64,000 nucleotides of DNA, taken from Auanema rhodensis. Taxonomy: Eukaryota; Animalia; Nematoda. The notes beneath the pieces were generated by a model that had not been told where the DNA came from, did no database searches, and worked only from the letters and a program-made list of their open reading frames with translations. The stretch covers positions 20,584,001 through 20,648,000 of the forward strand of contig OZ059900.1 of assembly GCA_964057225.1 (NCBI GenBank), given 5' to 3'. Below, one piece after another: positions 39,600-53,300 of the stretch (position 1 is the stretch's first letter; the number at the start of each line of letters is the position of its first letter). A program made the translations under genes and the position numbers.

Positions 39600-42500
39600 G
39601 AAAACCAGTTTTTGGAAATTTCGCTGTAAACAAGGTTTGACTTACGATTTCATGTGTTCAAACTCATGCAATGTCAATGAAACCTAGCTCAAAATTGTTC
39701 GTACAACGTCTAGTTCCACTTTCACGACAAAAAAACAGGGGTTAGAAAATTTAGGAAATTAGCATATTCTGAGGGCACGCCCCTTATGGCTAATATTGAT
39801 TAAATCGATTTTTGTTCATATGAGTCGTCAAATGCAACGAATTTCAGCGTGTTACATACTAAAATGAAGCATTTTACATGCTGAACATTAGAAAAATACA
39901 AAAACACAGTTTTTCCCATGAGAAATATTTTATTATGCTGGAAAACCAGTTTTTGGAAATTTCGCTGTAAACAAGGTTTGACTTACGATTTCATGTGTTC
40001 AAACTCATGCAATGTCAATGAAACCTAGCTCAAAATTGTTCGTACAACGTCTAGTTCCACTTTCACGACAAAAAAACAGGGGTTAGAAAATTTAGGAAAT
40101 TAGCATATTCTGAGGGCACGCCCCTTATGGCTAATATTGATTAAATCGATTTTTGTTCATATGAGTCGTCAAATGCAACGAATTTCAGCGTGTTACATAC
40201 TGAAATGAAGTATTTTACATGCTGAACACTAGAAAAATACAAAAACACAGTATTTCCCATGAGAAATATTTTATTATGCTGGAAAACCAGTTTTTGGAAA
40301 TTTCGCTGTAAACAAGGTTTTGACTTACGATTTCATGTGTTCAAACTCATGCAATGTCAATGAAACCTAGCTCAAAATTGTTTGTACAACGTCTAGTTCC
40401 ACTTTCACGACAAAAAAACAGGGGTTAGAAAATTAAGGAAATTAGCATATTCTGAGGGCACGCCCCTTATGGCTAATATTGATTTAAACGATTTTTGTTC
40501 ATATGAGTAGTCAAATGCAACGAATTTCAGCGTGTTACATACTAAAATGAAGCATTTCACATGCTGAACACTAGAAAAATACAAAAACACAGTATTTCAA
40601 ATGAGAAATATTTTATTATGCTGGAAAACCAGTTTTTGGAAATTTCGCTGTAAACAAGGTTTGACTTACGATTTCATGTGTTCAAACTCATGCAATGTCA
40701 ATGAAACCTAGCTCAAAATTGTTCGTACAACGTCTAGTTCCACTTTCACGACAAAAAAACAGGGGTTAGAAAATTTAGGAAATTAGCATATTCTGAGGGC
40801 ACGCCCCTTCTGGCTAATATTGATTAAATCGATTTTTGTTCATATGAGTCGTCAAATGCAACGAATTTCAGCGTGTTACATACTAAAATGAAGCATTTTA
40901 CATGCTGAACATTAGAAAAATACAAAAACACAGTTTTTCCCATGAGAAATATTTTATTATGCTGGAAAACCAGTTTTTGGAAATTTCGCTGTAAACAAGG
41001 TTTGACTTACGATTTCATGTGTTCAAACTCATGCAATGTCAATGAAACCTAGCTCAAAATTGTTCGTACAACGTCTAGTTCCACTTTCACGACAAAAAAA
41101 CAGGGGTTAGAAAATTTAGGAAATTAGCATATTCTGAGGGCACGCCCCTTATGGCTAATATTGATTAAATCGATTTTTGTTCATATGAGTCGTCAAATGC
41201 AACGAATTTCAGCGTGTTACATACTAAAATGAAGCATTTTACATGCTGAACATTAGAAAAATACAAAAACACAGTTTTTCCCATGAGAAATATTTTATTA
41301 TGCTGGAAAACCAGTTTTTGGAAATTTCGCTGTAAACAAGGTTTGACTTACGATTTCATGTGTTCAAACTCATGCAATGTCAATGAAACCTAGCTCAAAA
41401 TTGTTCGTACAACGTCTAGTTCCACTTTCACGACAAAAAAACAGGGGTTAGAAAATTTAGGAAATTAGCATATTCTGAGGGCACGCCCCTTATGGCTAAT
41501 ATTGATTAAATCGATTTTTGTTCATATGAGTCGTCAAATGCAACGAATTTCAGCGTGTTACATACTGAAATGAAGTATTTTACATGCTGAACACTAGAAA
41601 AATACAAAAACACAGTATTTCCCATGAGAAATATTTTATTATGCTGGAAAACCAGTTTTTGGAAATTTCGCTGTAAACAAGGTTTTGACTTACGATTTCA
41701 TGTGTTCAAACTCATGCAATGTCAATGAAACCTAGCTCAAAATTGTTTGTACAACGTCTAGTTCCACTTTCACGACAAAAAAACAGGGGTTAGAAAATTA
41801 AGGAAATTAGCATATTCTGAGGGCACGCCCCTTATGGCTAATATTGATTTAAACGATTTTTGTTCATATGAGTAGTCAAATGCAACGAATTTCAGCGTGT
41901 TACATACTAAAATGAAGCATTTCACATGCTGAACACTAGAAAAATACAAAAACACAGTATTTCAAATGAGAAATATTTTATTATGCTGGAAAACCAGTTT
42001 TTGGAAATTTCGCTGTAAACAAGGTTTGACTTACGATTTCATGTGTTCAAACTCATGCAATGTCAATGAAACCTAGCTCAAAATTGTTCGTACAACGTCT
42101 AGTTCCACTTTCACGACAAAAAAACAGGGGTTAGAAAATTTAGGAAATTAGCATATTCTGAGGGCACGCCCCTTCTGGCTAATATTGATTAAATCGATTT
42201 TTGTTCATATGAGTCGTCAAATGCAACGAATTTCAGCGTGTTACATACTAAAATGAAGCATTTTACATGCTGAACATTAGAAAAATACAAAAACACAGTT
42301 TTTCCCATGAGAAATATTTTATTATGCTGGAAAACCAGTTTTTGGAAATTTCGCTGTAAACAAGGTTTGACTTACGATTTCATGTGTTCAAACTCATGCA
42401 ATGTCAATGAAACCTAGCTCAAAATTGTTCGTACAACGTCTAGTTCCACTTTCACGACAAAAAAACAGGGGTTAGAAAATTTAGGAAATTAGCATATTCT

Positions 42501-43900
42501 GAGGGCACGCCCCTTATGGCTAATATTGATTAAATCGATTTTTGTTCATATGAGTCGTCAAATGCAACGAATTTCAGCGTGTTACATACTAAAATGAAGC
42601 ATTTTACATGCTGAACATTAGAAAAATACAAAAACACAGTTTTTCCCATGAGAAATATTTTATTATGCTGGAAAACCAGTTTTTGGAAATTTCGCTGTAA
42701 ACAAGGTTTGACTTACGATTTCATGTGTTCAAACTCATGCAATGTCAATGAAACCTAGCTCAAAATTGTTCGTACAACGTCTAGTTCCACTTTCACGACA
42801 AAAAAACAGGGGTTAGAAAATTTAGGAAATTAGCATATTCTGAGGGCACGCCCCTTATGGCTAATATTGATTAAATCGATTTTTGTTCATATGAGTCGTC
42901 AAATGCAACGAATTTCAGCGTGTTACATACTGAAATGAAGTATTTTACATGCTGAACACTAGAAAAATACAAAAACACAGTATTTCCCATGAGAAATATT
43001 TTATTATGCTGGAAAACCAGTTTTTGGAAATTTCGCTGTAAACAAGGTTTTGACTTACGATTTCATGTGTTCAAACTCATGCAATGTCAATGAAACCTAG
43101 CTCAAAATTGTTTGTACAACGTCTAGTTCCACTTTCACGACAAAAAAACAGGGGTTAGAAAATTAAGGAAATTAGCATATTCTGAGGGCACGCCCCTTAT
43201 GGCTAATATTGATTTAAACGATTTTTGTTCATATGAGTAGTCAAATGCAACGAATTTCAGCGTGTTACATACTAAAATGAAGCATTTCACATGCTGAACA
43301 CTAGAAAAATACAAAAACACAGTATTTCAAATGAGAAATATTTTATTATGCTGGAAAACCAGTTTTTGGAAATTTCGCTGTAAACAAGGTTTGACTTACG
43401 ATTTCATGTGTTCAAACTCATGCAATGTCAATGAAACCTAGCTCAAAATTGTTCGTACAACGTCTAGTTCCACTTTCACGACAAAAAAACAGGGGTTAGA
43501 AAATTTAGGAAATTAGCATATTCTGAGGGCACGCCCCTTCTGGCTAATATTCATTAAATCGATTTTTGTTCATATGAGTCGTCAAATGCAACGAATTTCA
43601 GCGTGTTACATACTAAAATGAAGCATTTTACATGCTGAACATTAGAAAAATACAAAAACACAGTTTTTCCCATGAGAAATATTTTATTATGCTGGAAAAC
43701 CAGTTTTTGGAAATTTCGCTGTAAACAAGGTTTGACTTACGATTTCATGTGTTCAAACTCATGCAATGTCAATGAAACCTAGCTCAAAATTGTTCGTACA
43801 ACGTCTAGTTCCACTTTCACGACAAAAAAACAGGGGTTAGAAAATTTAGGAAATTAGCATATTCTGAGGGCACGCCCCTTATGGCTAATATTGATTAAAT
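39600..43900 (-). repeat. 4-monomer higher-order repeat, 1365-bp period, about 3 copies (boundaries approximate)
   Basis: TTCAAATGAG at about 40599/41964/43329 and CCTTCTGG at 40810/42175/43540; ORF-track spacing is also 1365. Confidence 0.87.
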
Positions 43901-46900
43901 CGATTTTTGTTCATATGAGTCGTCAAATGCAACGAATTTCAGCGTGTTACATACTAAAATGAAGTATTTTATATGCTGAACACTAGAAAAATACAAAAAC
44001 ACAGTATTTCTCATGAGAAATATTTTATTATGCTGGAAAACCAGTTTTTGGACATTTCGCTGTAAACAAGGTTTTGACTTACGATTTCATGTGTTCAAAC
44101 TCATGCAATGTCAATGAAACCTAGCTCAAAATTGTTCCTACAACGTCTAGTTCCACTTTCACGACAAAAAACAGGGGTTAGAAAATTAAGGAAATTAGCA
44201 TATTCTGAGGGCACGCCCCTTATGGCTAATATTGATTAAATCGATTTTTGTTCATATGAGTCGTCAAATGCAACGAATTTCAGCGTGTTACATACTAAAA
44301 TGAAGCATTTTACATGCTGAACATTAGAAAAATACAAAAACACAGTTTTTCCCATGAGAAATATTTTATTATGCTGGAAAACCAGTTTTTGGAAATTTCG
44401 CTGTAAACAAGGTTTTGACTTACGATTTCATGTGTTCAAACTCATGCAATGTCAATGAAACCTAGCTCAAAATTGTTCGTACAACGTCTAGTTCCACTTT
44501 CACGACAAAAAAACAGGGGTTAGAAAATTAAGGAAATTAGCATATTCTGAGGGCACGCCCCTTATGGCTAATATTGATTTAAACGATTTTTGTTCATATG
44601 AGTAGTCAAATGCAACGAATTTCAGCGTGTTACATACTAAAATGAAGCATTTCACATGCTGAACACTAGAAAAATACAAAAACACAGTATTTCCCATGAG
44701 AAATATTTTATTATGCTGGAAAACCAGTTTTTGGAAATTTCGCTGTAAACAAGGTTTGACTTACGATTTCATGTGTTCAAACTCATGCAATGTCAATGAA
44801 ACCTAGCTCAAAATTGTTCGTACAACGTCTAGTTCCACTTTCACGACAAAAAAACAGGGGTTAGAAAATTTAGGAAATTAGCATATTCTGAGGGCACGCC
44901 CCTTATGGCTAATATTGATTAAATCGATTTTTGTTCATATGAGTCGTCAAATGCAACGAATTTCAGCGTGTTACATACTAAAATGAAGCATTTTACATGC
45001 TGAACATTAGAAAAATACAAAAACACAGTTTTTCCCATGAGAAATATTTTATTATGCTGGAAAACCAGTTTTTGGAAATTTCGCTGTAAACAAGGTTTTC
45101 ACTTACGATTTCATGTGTTCAAACTCATGCAATGTCAATGAAACCTAGCTCAAAATTGTTTGTACAACGTCTAGTTCCACTTTCACGACAAAAAAACAGG
45201 GGTTAGAAAATTAAGGAAATTAGCATATTCTGAGGGCACGCCCCTTATGGCTAATATTGATTTAAACGATTTTTGTTCATATGAGTCGTCAAATGCAACG
45301 AATTTCAGCGTGTTACATACTAAAATGAAGCATTTTACATGCTGAACACTAGAAAAATACAAAAACACAGTATTTCTCATGAGAAATATTTTATTATGCT
45401 GGAAAACCAGTTTTTGGAATTTTCGCTGTAAACGAGGTTTTGACTTACGATTTCATGTGTTCAAACTCATGCAATGTCAATGAAACCTAGCTCAAAATTG
45501 TTTGTACAACGTCTAGTTCCACTTTCACGACAAAAAAACAGGGGTTAGAAAATTAAGGAAATTAGCATATTCTGAGGGCACGCCCCTTATGGCTAATATT
45601 GATTAAATCGATTTTTGTTCATATGAGTAGTCAAATGCAACGAATTTCAGCGTGTTACATACTAAAATGAAGCATTTCACATGCTGAACACTAAAAAAAT
45701 ACAAAAACACAGTATTTCCCATGAGAAATATTTTATTATGCTGGAAAACCAGTTTTTGGAAATTTCGCTGTAAACAAGGTTTGACTTACGATTTCATGTG
45801 TTCAAACTCATGCAATGTCAATGAAACCTAGCTCAAAATTGTTCGTACAACGTCTAGTTCCACTTTCACGACAAAAAAACAGGGGTTAGAAAATTTAGGA
45901 AATTAGCATATTCTGAGGGCACGCCCCTTATGGCTAATATTGATTAAATCGATTTTTGTTCATATGAGTCGTCAAATGCAACGAATTTCAGCGTGTTACA
46001 TACTGAAATGAAGTATTTTACATGCTGAACACTAGAAAAATACAAAAACACAGTATTTCCCATGAGAAATATTTTATTATGCTGGAAAACCAGTTTTTGG
46101 AAATTTCGCTGTAAACAAGGTTTTGACTTACGATTTCATGTGTTCAAACTCATGCAATGTCAATGAAACCTAGCTCAAAATTGTTTGTACAACGTCTAGT
46201 TCCACTTTCACGACAAAAAAACAGGGGTTAGAAAATTAAGGAAATTAGCATATTCTGAGGGCACGCCCCTTATGGCTAATATTGATTTAAACGATTTTTG
46301 TTCATATGAGTAGTCAAATGCAACGAATTTCAGCGTGTTACATACTAAAATGAAGCATTTCACATGCTGAACACTAGAAAAATACAAAAACACAGTATTT
46401 CAAATGAGAAATATTTTATTATGCTGGAAAACCAGTTTTTGGAAATTTCGCTGTAAACAAGGTTTGACTTACGATTTCATGTGTTCAAACTCATGCAATG
46501 TCAATGAAACCTAGCTCAAAATTGTTCGTACAACGTCTAGTTCCACTTTCACGACAAAAAAACAGGGGTTAGAAAATTTAGGAAATTAGCATATTCTGAG
46601 GGCACGCCCCTTCTGGCTAATATTGATTAAATCGATTTTTGTTCATATGAGTCGTCAAATGCAACGAATTTCAGCGTGTTACATACTAAAATGAAGCATT
46701 TTACATGCTGAACATTAGAAAAATACAAAAACACAGTTTTTCCCATGAGAAATATTTTATTATGCTGGAAAACCAGTTTTTGGAAATTTCGCTGTAAACA
46801 AGGTTTTGACTTACGATTTCATGTGTTCAAACTCATGCAATGTCAATGAAACCTAGCTCAAAATTGTTCGTACAACGTCTAGTTCCACTTTCACGACAAA

Positions 46901-47399
46901 AAAACAGGGGTTAGAAAATTAAGGAAATTAGCATATTCTGAGGGCACGCCCCTTATGGCTAATATTGATTTAAACGATTTTTGTTCATATGAGTAGTCAA
47001 ATGCAACGAATTTCAGCGTGTTACATACTAAAATGAAGCATTTCACATGCTGAACACTAGAAAAATACAAAAACACAGTATTTCCCATGAGAAATATTTT
47101 ATTATGCTGGAAAACCAGTTTTTGGAAATTTCGCTGTAAACAAGGTTTGACTTACGATTTCATGTGTTCAAACTCATGCAATGTCAATGAAACCTAGCTC
47201 AAAATTGTTCGTACAACGTCTAGTTCCACTTTCACGACAAAAAAACAGGGGTTAGAAAATTTAGGAAATTAGCATATTCTGAGGGCACGCCCCTTATGGC
47301 TAATATTGATTAAATCGATTTTTGTTCATATGAGTCGTCAAATGCAACGAATTTCAGCGTGTTACATACTAAAATGAAGCATTTTACATGCTGAACATT

Positions 47400-50300
47400 A
47401 GAAAAATACAAAAACACAGTTTTTCCCATGAGAAATATTTTATTATGCTGGAAAACCAGTTTTTGGAAATTTCGCTGTAAACAAGGTTTTCACTTACGAT
47501 TTCATGTGTTCAAACTCATGCAATGTCAATGAAACCTAGCTCAAAATTGTTTGTACAACGTCTAGTTCCACTTTCACGACAAAAAAACAGGGGTTAGAAA
47601 ATTAAGGAAATTAGCATATTCTGAGGGCACGCCCCTTATGGCTAATATTGATTTAAACGATTTTTGTTCATATGAGTCGTCAAATGCAACGAATTTCAGC
47701 GTGTTACATACTAAAATGAAGCATTTTACATGCTGAACACTAGAAAAATACAAAAACACAGTATTTCTCATGAGAAATATTTTATTATGCTGGAAAACCA
47801 GTTTTTGGAATTTTCGCTGTAAACGAGGTTTTGACTTACGATTTCATGTGTTCAAACTCATGCAATGTCAATGAAACCTAGCTCAAAATTGTTTGTACAA
47901 CGTCTAGTTCCACTTTCACGACAAAAAAACAGGGGTTAGAAAATTAAGGAAATTAGCATATTCTGAGGGCACGCCCCTTATGGCTAATATTGATTAAATC
48001 GATTTTTGTTCATATGAGTAGTCAAATGCAACGAATTTCAGCGTGTTACATACTAAAATGAAGCATTTCACATGCTGAACACTAAAAAAATACAAAAACA
48101 CAGTATTTCCCATGAGAAATATTTTATTATGCTGGAAAACCAGTTTTTGGAAATTTCGCTGTAAACAAGGTTTGACTTACGATTTCATGTGTTCAAACTC
48201 ATGCAATGTCAATGAAACCTAGCTCAAAATTGTTCGTACAACGTCTAGTTCCACTTTCACGACAAAAAAACAGGGGTTAGAAAATTTAGGAAATTAGCAT
48301 ATTCTGAGGGCACGCCCCTTATGGCTAATATTGATTAAATCGATTTTTGTTCATATGAGTCGTCAAATGCAACGAATTTCAGCGTGTTACATACTAAAAT
48401 GAAGCATTTTACATGCTGAACATTAGAAAAATACAAAAACACAGTTTTTCCCATGAGAAATATTTTATTATGCTGGAAAACCAGTTTTTGGAAATTTCGC
48501 TGTAAACAAGGTTTGACTTACGATTTCATGTGTTCAAACTCATGCAATGTCAATGAAACCTAGCTCAAAATTGTTCGTACAACGTCTAGTTCCACTTTCA
48601 CGACAACAAAACAGGGGTTAGAAAATTTAGGAAATTAGCATATTCTGAGGGCACGCCCCTTATGGCTAATATTGATTAAATCGATTTTTGTTCATATGAG
48701 TCGTCAAATGCAACGAATTTCAGCGTGTTACATACTGAAATGAAGTATTTTACATGCTGAACACTAGAAAAATACAAAAACACAGTATTTCCCATGAGAA
48801 ATATTTTATTATGCTGGAAAACCAGTTTTTGGAAATTTCGCTGTAAACAAGGTTTTGACTTACGATTTCATGTGTTCAAACTCATGCAATGTCAATGAAA
48901 CCTAGCTCAAAATTGTTTGTACAACGTCTAGTTCCACTTTCACGACAAAAAAACAGGGGTTAGAAAATTAAGGAAATTAGCATATTCTGAGGGCACGCCC
49001 CTTATGGCTAATATTGATTTAAACGATTTTTGTTCATATGAGTAGTCAAATGCAACGAATTTCAGCGTGTTACATACTAAAATGAAGCATTTCACATGCT
49101 GAACACTAGAAAAATACAAAAACACAGTATTTCCCATGAGAAATATTTTATTATGCTGGAAAACCAGTTTTTGGAAATTTCGCTGTAAACAAGGTTTGAC
49201 TTACGATTTCATGTGTTCAAACTCATGCAATGTCAATGAAACCTAGCTCAAAATTGTTCGTACAACGTCTAGTTCCACTTTCACGACAAAAAAACAGGGG
49301 TTAGAAAATTTAGGAAATTAGCATATTCTGAGGGCACGCCCCTTATGGCTAATATTGATTAAATCGATTTTTGTTCATATGAGTCGTCAAATGCAACGAA
49401 TTTCAGCGTGTTACATACTAAAATGAAGCATTTTACATGCTGAACATTAGAAAAATACAAAAACACAGTTTTTCCCATGAGAAATATTTTATTATGCTGG
49501 AAAACCAGTTTTTGGAAATTTCGCTGTAAACAAGGTTTGACTTACGATTTCATGTGTTCAAACTCATGCAATGTCAATGAAACCTAGCTCAAAATTGTTC
49601 GTACAACGTCTAGTTCCACTTTCACGACAAAAAAACAGGGGTTAGAAAATTTAGGAAATTAGCATATTCTGAGGGCACGCCCCTTATGGCTAATATTGAT
49701 TAAATCGATTTTTGTTCATATGAGTCGTCAAATGCAACGAATTTCAGCGTGTTACATACTAAAATGAAGTATTTTACATGCTGAACACTAGAAAAATACA
49801 AAAACACAGTATTTCCCATGAGAAATATTTTATTATGCTGGAAAACCAGTTTTTGGACATTTCGCTGTAAACAAGGTTTTGACTTACGATTTCATGTGTT
49901 CAAACTCATGCAATGTCAATGAAACCTAGCTCAAAATTGTTCCTACAACGTCTAGTTCCACTTTCACGACAAAAAACAGGGGTTAGAAAATTAAGGAAAT
50001 TAGCATATTCTGAGGGCACGCCCCTTATGGCTAATATTGATTAAATCGATTTTTGTTCATATGAGTCGTCAAATGCAACGAATTTCAGCGTGTTACATAC
50101 TAAAATGAAGCATTTTACATGCTGAACATTAGAAAAATACAAAAACACAGTTTTTCCCATGAGAAATATTTTATTATGCTGGAAAACCAGTTTTTGGAAA
50201 TTTCGCTGTAAACAAGGTTTTGACTTACGATTTCATGTGTTCAAACTCATGCAATGTCAATGAAACCTAGCTCAAAATTGTTCGTACAACGTCTAGTTCC

Positions 50301-53300
50301 ACTTTCACGACAAAAAAACAGGGGTTAGAAAATTAAGGAAATTAGCATATTCTGAGGGCACGCCCCTTATGGCTAATATTGATTTAAACGATTTTTGTTC
50401 ATATGAGTAGTCAAATGCAACGAATTTCAGCGTGTTACATACTAAAATGAAGCATTTCACATGCTGAACACTAGAAAAATACAAAAACACAGTATTTCCC
50501 ATGAGAAATATTTTATTATGCTGGAAAACCAGTTTTTGGAAATTTCGCTGTAAACAAGGTTTGACTTACGATTTCATGTGTTCAAACTCATGCAATGTCA
50601 ATGAAACCTAGCTCAAAATTGTTCGTACAACGTCTAGTTCCACTTTCACGACAAAAAAACAGGGGTTAGAAAATTTAGGAAATTAGCATATTCTGAGGGC
50701 ACGCCCCTTATGGCTAATATTGATTAAATCGATTTTTGTTCATATGAGTCGTCAAATGCAACGAATTTCAGCGTGTTACATACTAAAATGAAGCATTTTA
50801 CATGCTGAACATTAGAAAAATACAAAAACACAGTTTTTCCCATGAGAAATATTTTATTATGCTGGAAAACCAGTTTTTGGAAATTTCGCTGTAAACAAGG
50901 TTTTGACTTACGATTTCATGTGTTCAAACTCATGCAATGTCAATGAAACCCAGCTCAAAATTGTTCGTACAACGTCTAGTTCCACTTTCACGACAAAAAA
51001 ACAGGGGTTAGAAAATTAAGGAAATTAGCATATTCTGAGGGCACGCCCCTTATGGCTAATATTGATTAAATCGATTTTTGTTCATATGAGTCGTCAAATG
51101 CAACGAATTTCAGCGTGTTACATACTAAAATGAAGCATTTTACATGCTGAACACTAGAAAAATACAAAAACACAGTATTTCCCATGAGAAATATTTTATT
51201 ATGCTGGAAAACCAGTTTTTGGAAATTTCGCTGTAAACAAGGTTTTGACTTACGATTTCATGTGTTCAAACTCATGCAATGTCAATGAAACCCAGCTCAA
51301 AATTGTTCGTACAACGTCTAGTTCCACTTTCACGACAAAAAAACAGGGGTTAGAAAATTAAGGAAATTAGCATATTCTGAGGGCAAGCCCCTTATGGCTA
51401 ATATTGATTAAATCGATTTTTGTTCATATGAGTCGTCAAATGCAACGAATTTCAGCGTGTTACATACTAAAATGAAGCATTTTACATGCTGAACACTAGA
51501 AAAATACAAAAACACAGTATTTCCCATGAGAAATATTTTATTATGCTGGAAAACCAGTTTTTGGAAATTTCGCTGTAAACAAGGTTTGACTTACGATTTC
51601 ATGTGTTCAAACTCATGCAATGTCAATGAAACCTAGCTCAAAATTGTTCGTACAACGTCTAGTTCCACTTTCACGACAAAAAAACAGGGGTTAGAAAATT
51701 TAGGAAATTAGCATATTCTGAGGGCACGCCCCTTATGGCTAATATTGATTAAATCGATTTTTGTTCATATGAGTCGTCAAATGCAACGAATTTCAGCGTG
51801 TTACATACTAAAATGAAGTATTTTACATGCTGAACACTAGAAAAATACAAAAACACAGTATTTCCCATGAGAAATATTTTATTATGCTGGAAAACCAGTT
51901 TTTGGACATTTCGCTGTAAACAAGGTTTTGACTTACGATTTCATGTGTTCAAACTCATGCAATGTCAATGAAACCTAGCTCAAAATTGTTCCTACAACGT
52001 CTAGTTCCACTTTCACGACAAAAAACAGGGGTTAGAAAATTAAGGAAATTAGCATATTCTGAGGGCACGCCCCTTATGGCTAATATTGATTAAATCGATT
52101 TTTGTTCATATGAGTCGTCAAATGCAACGAATTTCAGCGTGTTACATACTAAAATGAAGCATTTTACATGCTGAACATTAGAAAAATACAAAAACACAGT
52201 TTTTCCCATGAGAAATATTTTATTATGCTGGAAAACCAGTTTTTGGAAATTTCGCTGTAAACAAGGTTTTGACTTACGATTTCATGTGTTCAAACTCATG
52301 CAATGTCAATGAAACCTAGCTCAAAATTGTTCCTACAACGTCTAGTTCCACTTTCACGACAAAAAACAGGGGTTAGAAAATTAAGGAAATTAGCATATTC
52401 TGAGGGCACGCCCCTTATGGCTAATATTGATTAAATCGATTTTTGTTCATATGAGTCGTCAAATGCAACGAATTTCAGCGTGTTACATACTAAAATGAAG
52501 CATTTTACATGCTGAACATTAGAAAAATACAAAAACACAGTTTTTCCCATGAGAAATATTTTATTATGCTGGAAAACCAGTTTTTGGAAATTTCGCTGTA
52601 AACAAGGTTTTCACTTACGATTTCATGTGTTCAAACTCATGCAATGTCAATGAAACCTAGCTCAAAATTGTTTGTACAACGTCTAGTTCCACTTTCACGA
52701 CAAAAAAACAGGGGTTAGAAAATTAAGGAAATTAGCATATTCTGAGGGCACGCCCCTTATGGCTAATATTGATTTAAACGATTTTTGTTCATATGAGTCG
52801 TCAAATGCAACGAATTTCAGCGTGTTACATACTAAAATGAAGCATTTTACATGCTGAACACTAGAAAAATACAAAAACACAGTATTTCTCATGAGAAATA
52901 TTTTATTATGCTGGAAAACCAGTTTTTGGAATTTTCGCTGTAAACGAGGTTTTGACTTACGATTTCATGTGTTCAAACTCATGCAATGTCAATGAAACCT
53001 AGCTCAAAATTGTTTGTACAACGTCTAGTTCCACTTTCACGACAAAAAAACAGGGGTTAGAAAATTAAGGAAATTAGCATATTCTGAGGGCACGCCCCTT
53101 ATGGCTAATATTGATTAAATCGATTTTTGTTCATATGAGTAGTCAAATGCAACGAATTTCAGCGTGTTACATACTAAAATGAAGCATTTCACATGCTGAA
53201 CACTAAAAAAATACAAAAACACAGTATTTCCCATGAGAAATATTTTATTATGCTGGAAAACCAGTTTTTGGAAATTTCGCTGTAAACAAGGTTTGACTTA

